DNA of 48,475 nt from a virus (IMGVR_UViG_3300044724_001621:1-48475); one strand, 5' to 3'. Counted from the first letter of the stretch, positions 8,384 to 19,052 are shown. The notes: generated by a model from the letters alone, not told the origin. A program made the numbers and translations.

Positions 8384-11263
8384 ATGAGTGATGTAGATAA
8401 GTGGCTTGGTATTATTGGTGGCGTAGCAGATACGAACATAGGTCGGAGAGAAAGAGGGCCTAGCCGTTCTAGAAGACGTAACCAAGCTTTATTAGGCGTT
8501 GTTGGAGAACTTTGGAGAGATTTTGAAGTAGATAAGCTTAATCAAAAAGTAGATAATGCAAATATAGAAAACTTATTTGAAGTTGCTAGAGCACGTAAAG
8601 ATTTAATACAGGCTAAAAAAGTAAATAAAAAAGCTGAAGATTTAAAAGCTTTAGCTGCTCCCGGCACTGATTTTAACAATATGCAAGATATTGATAGAGT
8701 TTATGGCAATACAGCATGGACTAGAGCTTTATCTACTAATGATAATATTCGATCTTATATAGAAGCTAATCCTGACGATGATCGTTATACATCCAAAGCC
8801 TCTTTTAATAGATATGTGGATCAAGTATCTAATGAAGATGATAAAGATAGCTCATTAAGAAAGCTTCAAACTTCTTTAAATAATTTATACGATAGTGATT
8901 TACGCTCTATACAAAATACAATTTTAGGAGGAGAAGCTACTACTGTCGATGAAGTTGAGCCTTATATACGACAAGCACAACAAATGAAAATTAATTTTGA
9001 TTCTTCTGAAACATCTTTACTAGATATTTTAAGTGGTCGTGTTAAAAGAAATATTGCTCGCCAAGATCAAACATACGATAGATTTAGAACTGAATTTATT
9101 AGCCAACCGCAAATGCAAGCACGTACAGCTATTGCTAATTTAGCAAAAACTAATCCTAATGATAAGCAAGCAATGCAAGAAGCTTTTGCTGCTATGCCTA
9201 GAAATTTACGTTTAGAAATACCTACAGAAGTTATTTCAGTAATTAATTCTTCTAGGTACAGGAAAAATTTTTACAACGCGTTAGGTGTTATAGCAGAAAC
9301 TGTGCCTCAAATAGATAATGAAGAATGGCAAAGTATTGTAAATAATATAGTTTTAGGCGTAGCTACTGCTGACCCTACAGAAGGTCAGCTACATATGGGC
9401 AAAATTCGTGAAAGTTTAAAAGATAAAATGTCTGAAAATGAATATAACTTTGTTGTGCCTATGCTAGATAATTTAGCTATTACTAGTTCAGTTGCTGATT
9501 TAAATAACAGAGCTAATCAATATGCAACAGATGCTCGAAGCCGTATAGATCAAAAAGCAGTTAATACTACATTATTAGAAAATTTAAAAACTTCAATAGA
9601 TGAGTTATATCCTGATCAAAATTCAAAAAATTATAAAGCTGCTATGAGGGCGTATAACGCTTTGTCAAAGCAAAATAGTTTAACTAGTAGACAAATAAAT
9701 TATGGAGCTTTAACAGATCATATTCAAAATGTAGCTTTAAGTTTAAAGGAAGATTCTGGAACTCCTTCAGATTTTAGAGAAGCAATGAATTATTTAACTG
9801 ATCAACAACAAAACTTTAAAACTTTGGTAGAAGCAGAAGAGTTTATAAATTCTAGTATAGAAGATCCTGAAAAACGTTATCGCTATATAGAAGCTTTAAA
9901 TAAAACATCTAAAACTTCTCCTGCTTTATTTAAAGGTTATGAAATGTATCCGGGAAATCCTGACATGCAATCTTATGACCCAGTAAAATCTGCTGCTGAG
10001 TTTAACTCTAAAGCTAATTTTACTGAAGCTTATACAGCTAATTACTCCGCTGTTATAGATGAAAATGATGAAGATAGAAGTAAACAAGCTAGGCAAAAAC
10101 TAGGTTACTTTCATGCTACCGTAGATAATTTATTATTCCAAGATGAATATAATAATATTTTAGGTGGTAAAGCTAACAAAGCATTGTTAAGAGATTTTCA
10201 AGTAGAGTATTTAAGTAATAGTGAAAATTTTTATTACGATGAAAATGCTGAAGAAGTTGTTCTTAGAGTAGGTGATGATGAACTTGTTGACGCTTACAAA
10301 AGATATATATCAGACTTAGATGGTACTTCAAATGATGATTTTCAACTTATTGGTAGTCAAGTTTTACATACGTCTTCAAGGAAAAAACAATTATCTTCAT
10401 CTGCTTCGCCAGAAGAATTTTTAAAGCTGCATAATGCATGGGTTACTCAAACTGCTGTAGAATCTCCTTTAGCAATAAATATGACAAAAGAAGTAGCTAC
10501 AGAACAATTAAATTATGATTTTGATGAACTTTTTGATACTTTACCTTCAGGCGAATTAATACTTAAAGATATTAAACCTCCTGTGCCTGAACCTGAAACT
10601 GTAAAAAAAGAAAAAACAAATGAATCTTTAAATTTTTTAAAAACTCAATTAAATAAAGATCCTTTAAATCCTATTAATGCAGTAACCGCTGTAAGTGCAG
10701 GTTTAACAGGAGTTAAAAATTTAATAGCGGAAAGAAATGAAAAACCAATAGAGCGAGGATTACAATTTGATCGAGCACAAGCTGCCTTAACTAGCCAAGC
10801 ATTAAATAAAGAAGAAGAAAAACCTGTTGAGGTTGCTAAACCTTCTTTGCTTTCTAAAGGTAGCGATACTACTAGAGGATTAAGAAATCAAAATGTATTT
10901 AACATTAGAGATTTTGATCAAGAGTTTAAAGGTGAAACAGGTGTAGATGACGATAATTTTTTACAGTTTGAAAATGTTGAGTTAGGTATTCGTGCAGCAG
11001 ATAGAATATTAACTACTTATGGTAAAAAACATAAAATAGATACTGTTGAAGGTGTAATAAAAAGGTTTGCTCCTAAAGCAGATAATAATGATATTGCAAC
11101 TTATATACCTTTTGTTGCTAAAGAATCAGGTTTTGGAGCTCAAGAAAAAATAGATTTATCAAATCCTCAAGTTAGAGCTAAGCTTTTAGCACCTATGGCT
11201 TTAATAGAATCTAAATATAAAATTACTCCTGAAAAAATTCTAACTATGCTAGAGAACATATAA
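8384..11263 (+). CDS. Internal virion protein with C-terminal lysozyme-like domain
   Basis: GGAG RBS; C-terminal RGLRNQNVFNIR...GIRA...TY...RFAP..DNN...Y resembles the RGIRNNNPGNIR virion muralytic family. Confidence 0.7.
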   Translation: MSDVDKWLGIIGGVADTNIGRRERGPSRSRRRNQALLGVVGELWRDFEVDKLNQKVDNANIENLFEVARARKDLIQAKKVNKKAEDLKALAAPGTDFNNMQDIDRVYGNTAWTRALSTNDNIRSYIEANPDDDRYTSKASFNRYVDQVSNEDDKDSSLRKLQTSLNNLYDSDLRSIQNTILGGEATTVDEVEPYIRQAQQMKINFDSSETSLLDILSGRVKRNIARQDQTYDRFRTEFISQPQMQARTAIANLAKTNPNDKQAMQEAFAAMPRNLRLEIPTEVISVINSSRYRKNFYNALGVIAETVPQIDNEEWQSIVNNIVLGVATADPTEGQLHMGKIRESLKDKMSENEYNFVVPMLDNLAITSSVADLNNRANQYATDARSRIDQKAVNTTLLENLKTSIDELYPDQNSKNYKAAMRAYNALSKQNSLTSRQINYGALTDHIQNVALSLKEDSGTPSDFREAMNYLTDQQQNFKTLVEAEEFINSSIEDPEKRYRYIEALNKTSKTSPALFKGYEMYPGNPDMQSYDPVKSAAEFNSKANFTEAYTANYSAVIDENDEDRSKQARQKLGYFHATVDNLLFQDEYNNILGGKANKALLRDFQVEYLSNSENFYYDENAEEVVLRVGDDELVDAYKRYISDLDGTSNDDFQLIGSQVLHTSSRKKQLSSSASPEEFLKLHNAWVTQTAVESPLAINMTKEVATEQLNYDFDELFDTLPSGELILKDIKPPVPEPETVKKEKTNESLNFLKTQLNKDPLNPINAVTAVSAGLTGVKNLIAERNEKPIERGLQFDRAQAALTSQALNKEEEKPVEVAKPSLLSKGSDTTRGLRNQNVFNIRDFDQEFKGETGVDDDNFLQFENVELGIRAADRILTTYGKKHKIDTVEGVIKRFAPKADNNDIATYIPFVAKESGFGAQEKIDLSNPQVRAKLLAPMALIESKYKITPEKILTMLENI

Positions 11264-11264
11264 T

Positions 11265-14200
11265 ATGGCAGTATTAACACCTGAAGAGCTAGAAAGGCTA
11301 CAAGGTAAACTTAAAAAAAATTCTACTTTTACGGCTTCTCGTAAACAAAATACAGGGGCTAAAAATACTTTAGATACTTTAGAAAATGATGACAAGTTTG
11401 CTACAACTGCTCAAAGATTTTTAACGAGTATTGGTGAAGATGACAACACTGTAGAGTCTTTATATGAGTATATGCGAGATGCTGATTATAATTTAGCGTC
11501 TGGAGCTTATCGTGCATTCCAAGAATTACCTAATTTTTCAGACCAGCAAAAGCAAGATTATAAATATCTTAGGACAAAGTTTGAAAATGCAGATACTGGT
11601 AGTTTAAAGCAGTGGATGAGAGCAGCGGCTGACATAGGCGTAGACGTAGCTACAGACCCTACAATGATACTTAGTGCTCTTATGGTACCTTTTACTGGAG
11701 GAGCTTCTTTAGGCGGTCGTGTGGCTGCTGGCGAAGCTACAAAGCTAGGTTTAAAGCGTATTGGTAAATCTTTTGCTAGAGATGAAAGTAAGCCTGTTAT
11801 AGAAGTTTTAAAAAACGAAGGTTTATGGCTAAAAAAAGGAGGACTTCAAAACCTTAAACAAAAAAGAGCTAAAGCAATTAAAGACTATTATAAGGCTGAC
11901 GTTAAAGCTAATGCGCTTGTAGCTGCTACTGAAGGTGCTGTTTTTTCTGGTGTTGGTGAGTATTTAAAGCAAGAACAAGATGATGTAGACGGAATTAACT
12001 TACGTTATGGTTTAGATTATTTTGATATAGGTACTTCAACTGCTTTAGGTGCTGTAGCTGGTGGGGTATTAGGTGGTGGTATATCTAAAATTCAACAAAA
12101 GTTTGATCCTGAAGTTAGAAGAACTATAGAAAAGTTTTCAGATGAAAAGTTATTAGATGAATCTGATGCGGCCTACAAAGCAGCTAGAGCAGGTGAATAT
12201 GCTTTGTCTGTAACTATAGGTAAACCAACTACTCGTTTTAAAACTTTATCTAAAAATTCTCCTACTCTTGCTAGGCTGCTTACTCGTTTTAGATACGATA
12301 CTTTTAAAGGTGATGAAGGTATTGGCTTTGATGAAGATCTTCTTGAAGCCGCACGAAAAGGAGAAACACCTACTAATCGTAGCTACAAACAAGTTTTCGA
12401 TGCTACAGCAGGTAGATACAATTTAGGTTATGAAGATGCTATTAGACCTTTAACAAAAAAAGGTAAATTACGCGCAGAAGATAATGAACTTTTAAATGTA
12501 ATGATGCGTGACAAAGAATTAGAAAAATTATTTGTTGATCCTGTCCGTAATCAAAAAGAAACACAAGAAGCTTTTATAAAACGGCGTAATTCTATTAGAG
12601 CAATCCAAGATAAAAAAGCTATGGATTTGTATAGCGTTGAAGGGGCTAATGAAAACCACTTTAATGCTATTAGAAAACTAAGAAAACTTAGTAATCAAGT
12701 TTTAGATGAAGCTGCTGAAGTAGGTATTTATAGGCGTAAGTTAAAGCGTGGCCCTAATGCGTGGTTTTCAAGACGTTGGAAAAGAAATGTTATAGAAGAA
12801 AACAGAAATGAATTAGCTACTATTATGGTAGATCAGAATGCTATAGGTCTAAGTGACGAAATAATTCTACAATACTTACCAAAAGCTCAACAACAGCAAT
12901 ACAATGAGCTAATGCAATACGGTAAAGTTTATGAAGACTTAGTAACTAATTTTGAAAAACTTCCTACTACTGAAATACAAAAACGTATTAACGCTTTAGA
13001 CGTTAAGTTTAGACCTGAAAGCAAAAGAATGGACGGTACTCCAGAAGCACTAGTAGATATGCTTCATGAGTTACAAGAACGTAAGTTAGAACTTAGTAGA
13101 GCCTTACCTGACAATAGTACTTTAAGAGCTGAAAAGTTTAAAGTAGCTAATGACATTATTGATGGCATGTTAGATAAACGTAATGTTATTAATGATGTTG
13201 ATAGTGAAGTTAGTACCACTATGACTCCTTCATCTTTTAGCGCACGTAATTTGTATATGTTAGATGATAGAAGTATAGCAAAGTTTTTAGATGACGACTT
13301 TGACAGCATGATGCGAGACTATTTTAATAATAGTTCTAGAGTTATTGCGCGTAAACAATTATTTGGTATTAATACTGAAGAGTTTAGTAGGCGTTATTTA
13401 GATGACATTAGAGAAGAACTGCAACAAAAAGGCAGCACACTATCTGAAAAAGATAGAGCAGACCTAGTAGACTTATATGAAAATGCTACGGGTATTAAGG
13501 CAGGAACTTTTGAAAATGTATTAGGTCAAAGAGCTTCTGACTATGCCAAGCTATCACAGCAAGTAGCTCATCTTCCTTTAGCTACTTTATCAAGTCTTAC
13601 AGAAGCTTTTATACCTTTAACAAGAGTATCTACAGGTACTTACTTAAAAGGTATTGGACAAGCTGTTAAAAGCTGGTCACGCAGTAACTATGATGACACT
13701 ATGAAAATACTTCAGAGTGAGCATAACCTTACTAAAGATGAAGCTAACCGTGAAATGCATCGTGTTTACTTAGGCTTAGAACAAGCTGTGGCTCAACGTA
13801 TTGACAGCATAGCAGGTGAAGGTGTTCAAGATCCTACAGCCCGTAAGCTACAAAATTTATTTTTTAAAGCTAATTTTTTAAGTCAATGGACTCGTACTGT
13901 TCAGCTTGCATCTTTTACAATGGGCAAAGATTTAATTACTAGAAATTTAAAAACTGTAGCAGAGATGCAAGGGCAAAGCCTTACTAAAGGACAAAAAAGA
14001 AAATTAAATTCAGCTACTCAAGAATTGTTTGACTTAGGTATAAACATTAAACAAGGTGTTGAGTGGGTTAATTCAGGAGCTAAAAAGTATAGTAATGATG
14101 TAGATGTTGATACAGGCTTAAAGCGTTGGAATATGTTTTACGAAAGAAATGTTATGGAAGGTGCTTCTAGATTTGCTAGTGAAGTAATTCTTGATCCTTC

Positions 14201-17200
14201 TAAATCTTCTGTAACTAGACCTCATATTCAAACGTCTGCCGTAGGATCTATACTATTTCAATTTTTAGGTTATCCCACAGCTTTTGGGAACACAGTACTT
14301 AAAAATTATTACACTCAAATAAAACGTCAGCCTGTAGTAGGTACAGCCCGTGTAGGTGCTACAGCTTTGTTTATGACAGGCGTAGCTACTGGTTTAAACG
14401 CTATACGTTCAGGGGGAGAAAGCTTAGAAAAAGAACCCGATGAAATTATTTTAGATTCTGTAGCTCGGTGGGGTGGTACTGGCTTTGGAGAGTATATTAG
14501 AAACGCACAGCAAAACGCTGAAATTGGTGGTGGTATTGTAGGTACAGCAGCTAAAGCAGTTACAGGCCCTGTAGTAGGAGACGCTGTAGATGCTATTTTA
14601 TATCGCAAAGGCCCTGCCGAAATAGTAGCAACTAACGTACCTTTTTATTCCGCTATACCTTCTGATTATAGAAAAGAGTTTATTAAAGCTCCAGCTAGAG
14701 AAATAGATTATAGTTTAGGGGTTGGTTTAGGTTTAAGAAAACCTCGACAAGAACCTAGTTTGTATAGTGAGTTTGGTGCTCCTTATAGAGAGTTTAAAAA
14801 AGCTTATGATAGGGATAGAAACTTTGAAGGCGGTGTAATTGATAGAATCATAGAACGTGCGGGTGAAAATCCTAGCGCACGTATAGATCGGCTTACAGGT
14901 ACAAGTTATGAAGATCAAGCAGGAGCTATTCTAGAAAACAGAAAGTCTTTTAGGCTTGGTGGTTTTTTACGTAGAGGCATAGAAGCTTATATGTCTAAAT
15001 CTAATAAGCCTGTTACAAGAGAAGAATTAGAAGCTGATCCTTTATTCCAGCAACTGTCACCTATGTTAGGACGTATGAAAACTGTAGATGATGAAGCTGT
15101 TTTAGCAGATATAAATTCTGGTATGGCTTTACAGTACACACCTCAAGAACAAACATTTTATACTTCTTCATTTATAGAAAACTCAGTAGAGCCTAAAGAT
15201 GTGTACACCGTATTGTCAGAAGATGTAGATAGTGGTTTATACGGAAGACGCATGGGTACACAAACAGCTAAAGAATTAGAAGCTCAAAAAGTAGATGCTC
15301 CTGCTTTAAGTAAAAATAAAATTCGTATTCGTAATCCTTTAAAACTTACAAAAGGCTTACCTACTGTGCCTATGAATTTAATTTACGATACAGAATTTTT
15401 AAAAACTGTACAAAATAAAAAAGCTTTTGAAAGTTTAAGAAAAGATATAGACAGTAAAGTTAAAATTGTAATGGGCTTAGACGATTCTAAATCTTTATTT
15501 GATAAAAGATTAATTAGAAATGAAATTTTTACTTCTGGCAATAAAGATTTTTATGACTTATTAGAACGTGAAGGTTATGATGCTATTGAGTATACAGGGC
15601 CTGAATTAAAACAATATAAACTTAGTTCTAAAGACGCACAAGTAGATCCTTTTTATCAAACTCCTGCTGTTTACACAGCTTTAGGCAAAGATTCAGCAGG
15701 TTCTAAAGGAGTTCAAGAAGCTAACGAAGCAGGAGGTTTTGCTGATTATTTAAAAGATTTAGAAGCTGAAGGATTAAAAGATCCTAGAGAATCAGACGCT
15801 GGCTTTAGTATTGAAGAAGATGTAGTAGAAGCTTTACCAGAAGATACTAGACCTATGTTTTTGCCTGTGTCTAACTTAGAAGGTTCTGAGTTAGAAAAAC
15901 AATTAGCGACTACAGCAGGTAGATTTAACAAACAATATTTAGTATTTAGAAACGAACAAGTATTGCCTTTTGGTAGAACTGAAGTTCCTACTAATAAAGA
16001 AATAAACTATGTAAATTCTACGCCTTCAGAAAAACGAATTAATTTTATTGTTGAAAATCATGTAGGCGATAAAGCTGTAGATCCTTTAGCAATTAAACAA
16101 ACTTTAGAAAATGAAGGGGTATTTAACTTAGTTAGTACAGGAAATAATAAAGGCTTAGGAAAAATTATTTCTTACAAGCAAGTAACTACTGGGCTTATTG
16201 ATGATTTACGTAACAAAGTAGATGACAATACTGCTCAAACTTTAGAGTCTTTAAACAAAGCTATTATTGAAGCTGAACAAAAACGAGCTAAAGGATTCCA
16301 AGAAAAAGTAGGAAGAACTAATAAAACTCGAAGGTTTATTTTACCTGAAAGTTTTTATGTTCAGATTGTTATGGAGCCGGGTAGCGATACTGTAAATGTT
16401 AGTAAAGCTTTAACGCTTCCTGAAACTATAAAAGAAATTAAAACTACTCCTGAACTATGGTATCACCCTAAAGATAATAATGTTTTGTCTGAAACAGCTA
16501 GACGTTGGAGACTTTTAAACTCTGAAGATGCTAACTTAAAACAATACATTACTCCTACTACCGAACAGTTAGAAACTCGTCAAGAAAATGTAGGTAAAGT
16601 TTTAGGTAGTTTGCAAAAAATGCGTACAGTTATTCAAGATACAGTAACTCCAAAACGAAATAAAAATGGAGAACTAACTAAAATAGGTTTAACTTCTGAA
16701 GAGTATACAAAGTTAATGGCTCTTCCTGAAGAAAAAAGATTTAAACCTTTTAAAAGAACTATAGATGTAGATACAACTAGAGGACTTCAGTACTCAGGTA
16801 AGTTTGATAAAGATTTAGAGTCTCAAAAAGAAGAAGCAGAAGTAAGAGAAATTTTTAATCCTCAAGGCGGTGAAGATCCTGAAACTTTATCAGAAGGTTC
16901 TACGATAGAAAAAGCAAGTTATGCAAATAGATTTTCTAAAGGTGTTACTAGTAAACAAAGATTTGATTTAGAACAAACAAAAGAATTTTTAGAAAAAAAC
17001 CCCGAGTTTTTAGATGATGATAACTTTACAGCACAGCAACCAGAAACCTATATTGAAACAACTCCTCCTAGATCTAAAATTATTTTACCTTCTTTAATAC
17101 CAGAAAATAAACAAGTAGAAATTAAACCTTTTAAGTATGAAGAAGGTAAAAAAGCTTGGGCGCATTATAGTAAAAATAATAATACAATTTATATAGATGA

Positions 17201-17504
17201 AAATGAATTAGAAAAAAGATACAAAGATAAAGCGTGGGAAAACCCTAAAGTTAAAGGCGTTAAACCTTTGCCTGAAAATGCTATTACTAGTTTAAAAGAA
17301 TGGAAAAACTTTGTATATGCTCATGAAAAATCTCATGTAGTTAATCTAAGAAGAGAAAATGAAAGTTTAGCTGATTACGAAAATAGAACAAATGAAATTG
17401 CTTTAGCTGATTTAATATATCAAAAAGAAATGGCTAAAAGAAATAAAAAATTTAAAGGTGGTGTAGTGTTACAAGCTCTTAAAAGGAAAGTAATTAATGT
17501 ATAA
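11265..17504 (+). CDS. Large internal virion/ejection polyvalent protein
   Basis: 2079 aa; hydrophobic G/A-rich segments; RIDRLTG.SYEDQAG motif; C-terminal ART-PolyVal-like motifs and HEKSH. Confidence 0.75.
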   Translation: MAVLTPEELERLQGKLKKNSTFTASRKQNTGAKNTLDTLENDDKFATTAQRFLTSIGEDDNTVESLYEYMRDADYNLASGAYRAFQELPNFSDQQKQDYKYLRTKFENADTGSLKQWMRAAADIGVDVATDPTMILSALMVPFTGGASLGGRVAAGEATKLGLKRIGKSFARDESKPVIEVLKNEGLWLKKGGLQNLKQKRAKAIKDYYKADVKANALVAATEGAVFSGVGEYLKQEQDDVDGINLRYGLDYFDIGTSTALGAVAGGVLGGGISKIQQKFDPEVRRTIEKFSDEKLLDESDAAYKAARAGEYALSVTIGKPTTRFKTLSKNSPTLARLLTRFRYDTFKGDEGIGFDEDLLEAARKGETPTNRSYKQVFDATAGRYNLGYEDAIRPLTKKGKLRAEDNELLNVMMRDKELEKLFVDPVRNQKETQEAFIKRRNSIRAIQDKKAMDLYSVEGANENHFNAIRKLRKLSNQVLDEAAEVGIYRRKLKRGPNAWFSRRWKRNVIEENRNELATIMVDQNAIGLSDEIILQYLPKAQQQQYNELMQYGKVYEDLVTNFEKLPTTEIQKRINALDVKFRPESKRMDGTPEALVDMLHELQERKLELSRALPDNSTLRAEKFKVANDIIDGMLDKRNVINDVDSEVSTTMTPSSFSARNLYMLDDRSIAKFLDDDFDSMMRDYFNNSSRVIARKQLFGINTEEFSRRYLDDIREELQQKGSTLSEKDRADLVDLYENATGIKAGTFENVLGQRASDYAKLSQQVAHLPLATLSSLTEAFIPLTRVSTGTYLKGIGQAVKSWSRSNYDDTMKILQSEHNLTKDEANREMHRVYLGLEQAVAQRIDSIAGEGVQDPTARKLQNLFFKANFLSQWTRTVQLASFTMGKDLITRNLKTVAEMQGQSLTKGQKRKLNSATQELFDLGINIKQGVEWVNSGAKKYSNDVDVDTGLKRWNMFYERNVMEGASRFASEVILDPSKSSVTRPHIQTSAVGSILFQFLGYPTAFGNTVLKNYYTQIKRQPVVGTARVGATALFMTGVATGLNAIRSGGESLEKEPDEIILDSVARWGGTGFGEYIRNAQQNAEIGGGIVGTAAKAVTGPVVGDAVDAILYRKGPAEIVATNVPFYSAIPSDYRKEFIKAPAREIDYSLGVGLGLRKPRQEPSLYSEFGAPYREFKKAYDRDRNFEGGVIDRIIERAGENPSARIDRLTGTSYEDQAGAILENRKSFRLGGFLRRGIEAYMSKSNKPVTREELEADPLFQQLSPMLGRMKTVDDEAVLADINSGMALQYTPQEQTFYTSSFIENSVEPKDVYTVLSEDVDSGLYGRRMGTQTAKELEAQKVDAPALSKNKIRIRNPLKLTKGLPTVPMNLIYDTEFLKTVQNKKAFESLRKDIDSKVKIVMGLDDSKSLFDKRLIRNEIFTSGNKDFYDLLEREGYDAIEYTGPELKQYKLSSKDAQVDPFYQTPAVYTALGKDSAGSKGVQEANEAGGFADYLKDLEAEGLKDPRESDAGFSIEEDVVEALPEDTRPMFLPVSNLEGSELEKQLATTAGRFNKQYLVFRNEQVLPFGRTEVPTNKEINYVNSTPSEKRINFIVENHVGDKAVDPLAIKQTLENEGVFNLVSTGNNKGLGKIISYKQVTTGLIDDLRNKVDDNTAQTLESLNKAIIEAEQKRAKGFQEKVGRTNKTRRFILPESFYVQIVMEPGSDTVNVSKALTLPETIKEIKTTPELWYHPKDNNVLSETARRWRLLNSEDANLKQYITPTTEQLETRQENVGKVLGSLQKMRTVIQDTVTPKRNKNGELTKIGLTSEEYTKLMALPEEKRFKPFKRTIDVDTTRGLQYSGKFDKDLESQKEEAEVREIFNPQGGEDPETLSEGSTIEKASYANRFSKGVTSKQRFDLEQTKEFLEKNPEFLDDDNFTAQQPETYIETTPPRSKIILPSLIPENKQVEIKPFKYEEGKKAWAHYSKNNNTIYIDENELEKRYKDKAWENPKVKGVKPLPENAITSLKEWKNFVYAHEKSHVVNLRRENESLADYENRTNEIALADLIYQKEMAKRNKKFKGGVVLQALKRKVINV

Positions 17505-17865
17505 ATATTTTAGCATAGATGAACTTAAATGTCAACACTGTGGTGCTGATGGAATGGATGAATCTTTTATGGTTAAAGTAGAAGCACTACGCCATGAGTT
17601 AGGATTCCCTTTTGTTGTTACTTCTGCTTACCGTTGCAAGGATCACATCATTGAGCGTAAGAAAAAAACTCCCGGCGCTCATGCGTCAGGTCATGCTATT
17701 GACATCGCTGTTAGCGGAGACAAAGCTCACAAGCTTTTAGATGCTGCGTTAAGAGTAGGCATGACTGGTATTGGCGTTAATCAAAAAGGTAACAATAGGT
17801 TTATACATTTAGATGACCTTGAGTGGGATGAGGGTCGTCCTCGTCCTTGGGTGTGGAGCTACTAG
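17497..17865 (+). CDS. Endolysin, peptidase M15A family
   Basis: ELKCQHCG, TSAYRC, H-x6-D (HASGHAID) and FIHLD zinc-ligand motifs. Confidence 0.9.
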   Translation: MYKYFSIDELKCQHCGADGMDESFMVKVEALRHELGFPFVVTSAYRCKDHIIERKKKTPGAHASGHAIDIAVSGDKAHKLLDAALRVGMTGIGVNQKGNNRFIHLDDLEWDEGRPRPWVWSY

Positions 17866-18264
17866 ATGGCTGTCTTAAACGCTCTTATAGGGCCTGTGAC
17901 GGGCTTGTTAGACAAGTTCATAGAGGACAAGGATCAGAAGGCTAAGCTGGCGCATGAAGTCGCTACGATGGCTGAGAATCACGCTCAGGAGATCGCTAAA
18001 GGTCAGATGGAAATTAATGCTGTGGAAGCGGCCAACTCCAACGTGTTTGTAAGCGGCTGGAGGCCCTTCATCGGGTGGACATGTGGCTTGGGTATGTTTG
18101 GTAACTTTATCACCATCCCGTTTAGTAACTTTGTTTTGGCTTTACTTGAGTTAGACATAGTGATACCTCTGGTTCCTCTGGAAACTATGATGCCTGTATT
18201 GATGGGCATGTTAGGTCTAGGCGCAATGAGGACATACGAGAAGAAATCAGGAGTGTCTAAGTAG
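17866..18264 (+). CDS. Holin (GTA-type 3TM family)
   Basis: FVSGWRPFIGW and LGLGAMRTYEK motifs; adjacent to endolysin. Confidence 0.85.
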   Translation: MAVLNALIGPVTGLLDKFIEDKDQKAKLAHEVATMAENHAQEIAKGQMEINAVEAANSNVFVSGWRPFIGWTCGLGMFGNFITIPFSNFVLALLELDIVIPLVPLETMMPVLMGMLGLGAMRTYEKKSGVSK

Positions 18265-18413
18265 TGACAATCATGGAGTTTATAAATTCTACTTGGCCTA
18301 TGTTTATGGGGTTTATAACGCTTGTTATTGTCTTAGCTAAAATGCACGGAGATATAGAAACTATCAAAGAAAAAATAAAAGTATTGTTTGAATTATGGAA
18401 TAGTAAAAACTAA
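18264..18413 (+). CDS. Small membrane-anchored protein, 49 aa (not in ORF track)
   Basis: GTG overlaps holin stop (alternative ATG 18273); TM helix then short coiled coil; TAATG-coupled to next gene. Confidence 0.65.
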   Translation: MTIMEFINSTWPMFMGFITLVIVLAKMHGDIETIKEKIKVLFELWNSKN

Positions 18414-18862
18414 TGTTAGCTGAAATAACAACAATTCTTACAGTTATGAAAGGACTTAACGATGCTATATCTACTTTAAAAGAAACAGGTGGGCATGCAA
18501 GTGGTTTTGCTAATGTTATGGGAAAGTACGCTAAAGCTAATGAGTCCGTACAAGCTGTTGAAAAAAAGTATGTAGGAAAACTATCTGTTAAAGAAAGTAT
18601 GCAAGTTCAGCTTGCCAAAAGACAGCTATCTACTTTTAATCAGCAGTTAAAAGATATGATGCTTATGCAAGGACTTTCAGCAGACTATAATGAAATCATG
18701 CAACGTGTAGAAGAAAGCAGAATAGAGCATGAAAAAGAAATAAACCGTCAAAAAATATTAAGACGGCAACGTGTAGAATTTATAAAAACTTTATCTATTA
18801 TGTTTACGACAGGATTACTGGGGTTGGGCGTAATGATGGGTTTACTTATGTTAATTTTTTAG
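18413..18862 (+). CDS. Hypothetical coiled-coil protein with C-terminal TM helix
   Basis: TAATG coupling; hydrophobic C-terminus. Confidence 0.65.
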   Translation: MLAEITTILTVMKGLNDAISTLKETGGHASGFANVMGKYAKANESVQAVEKKYVGKLSVKESMQVQLAKRQLSTFNQQLKDMMLMQGLSADYNEIMQRVEESRIEHEKEINRQKILRRQRVEFIKTLSIMFTTGLLGLGVMMGLLMLIF

Positions 18863-18872
18863 GTGAATAATT

Positions 18873-19052
18873 ATGGCTAGAAAAAAGTCTACAGTTAATA
18901 AGGCGGGTAACTATACTAAGCCTACTATGCGTAAGAATTTATTTAATAGAATTAAAGCAGGTTCAAAAGGTGGTAAGGCTGGTCAGTGGTCAGCACGTAA
19001 AGCTCAAATGTTAGCTAAACAATATAAAGCTAAAGGTGGAGGGTATAAGTAA
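18873..19052 (+). CDS. Small basic protein, DUF5872 N-terminal-like, 59 aa (not in ORF track)
   Basis: AGGTG RBS; NYTKPTMRK...KGGKAGQWSARKAQMLAKQYKAKGGGYK. Confidence 0.8.
   Translation: MARKKSTVNKAGNYTKPTMRKNLFNRIKAGSKGGKAGQWSARKAQMLAKQYKAKGGGYK

Noticed and set aside
11265-17504. Virion RNA polymerase (N4- or crAss-type)
   Set aside because: No DxDGD or single-subunit RNAP motifs seen; DDDFDS does not fit
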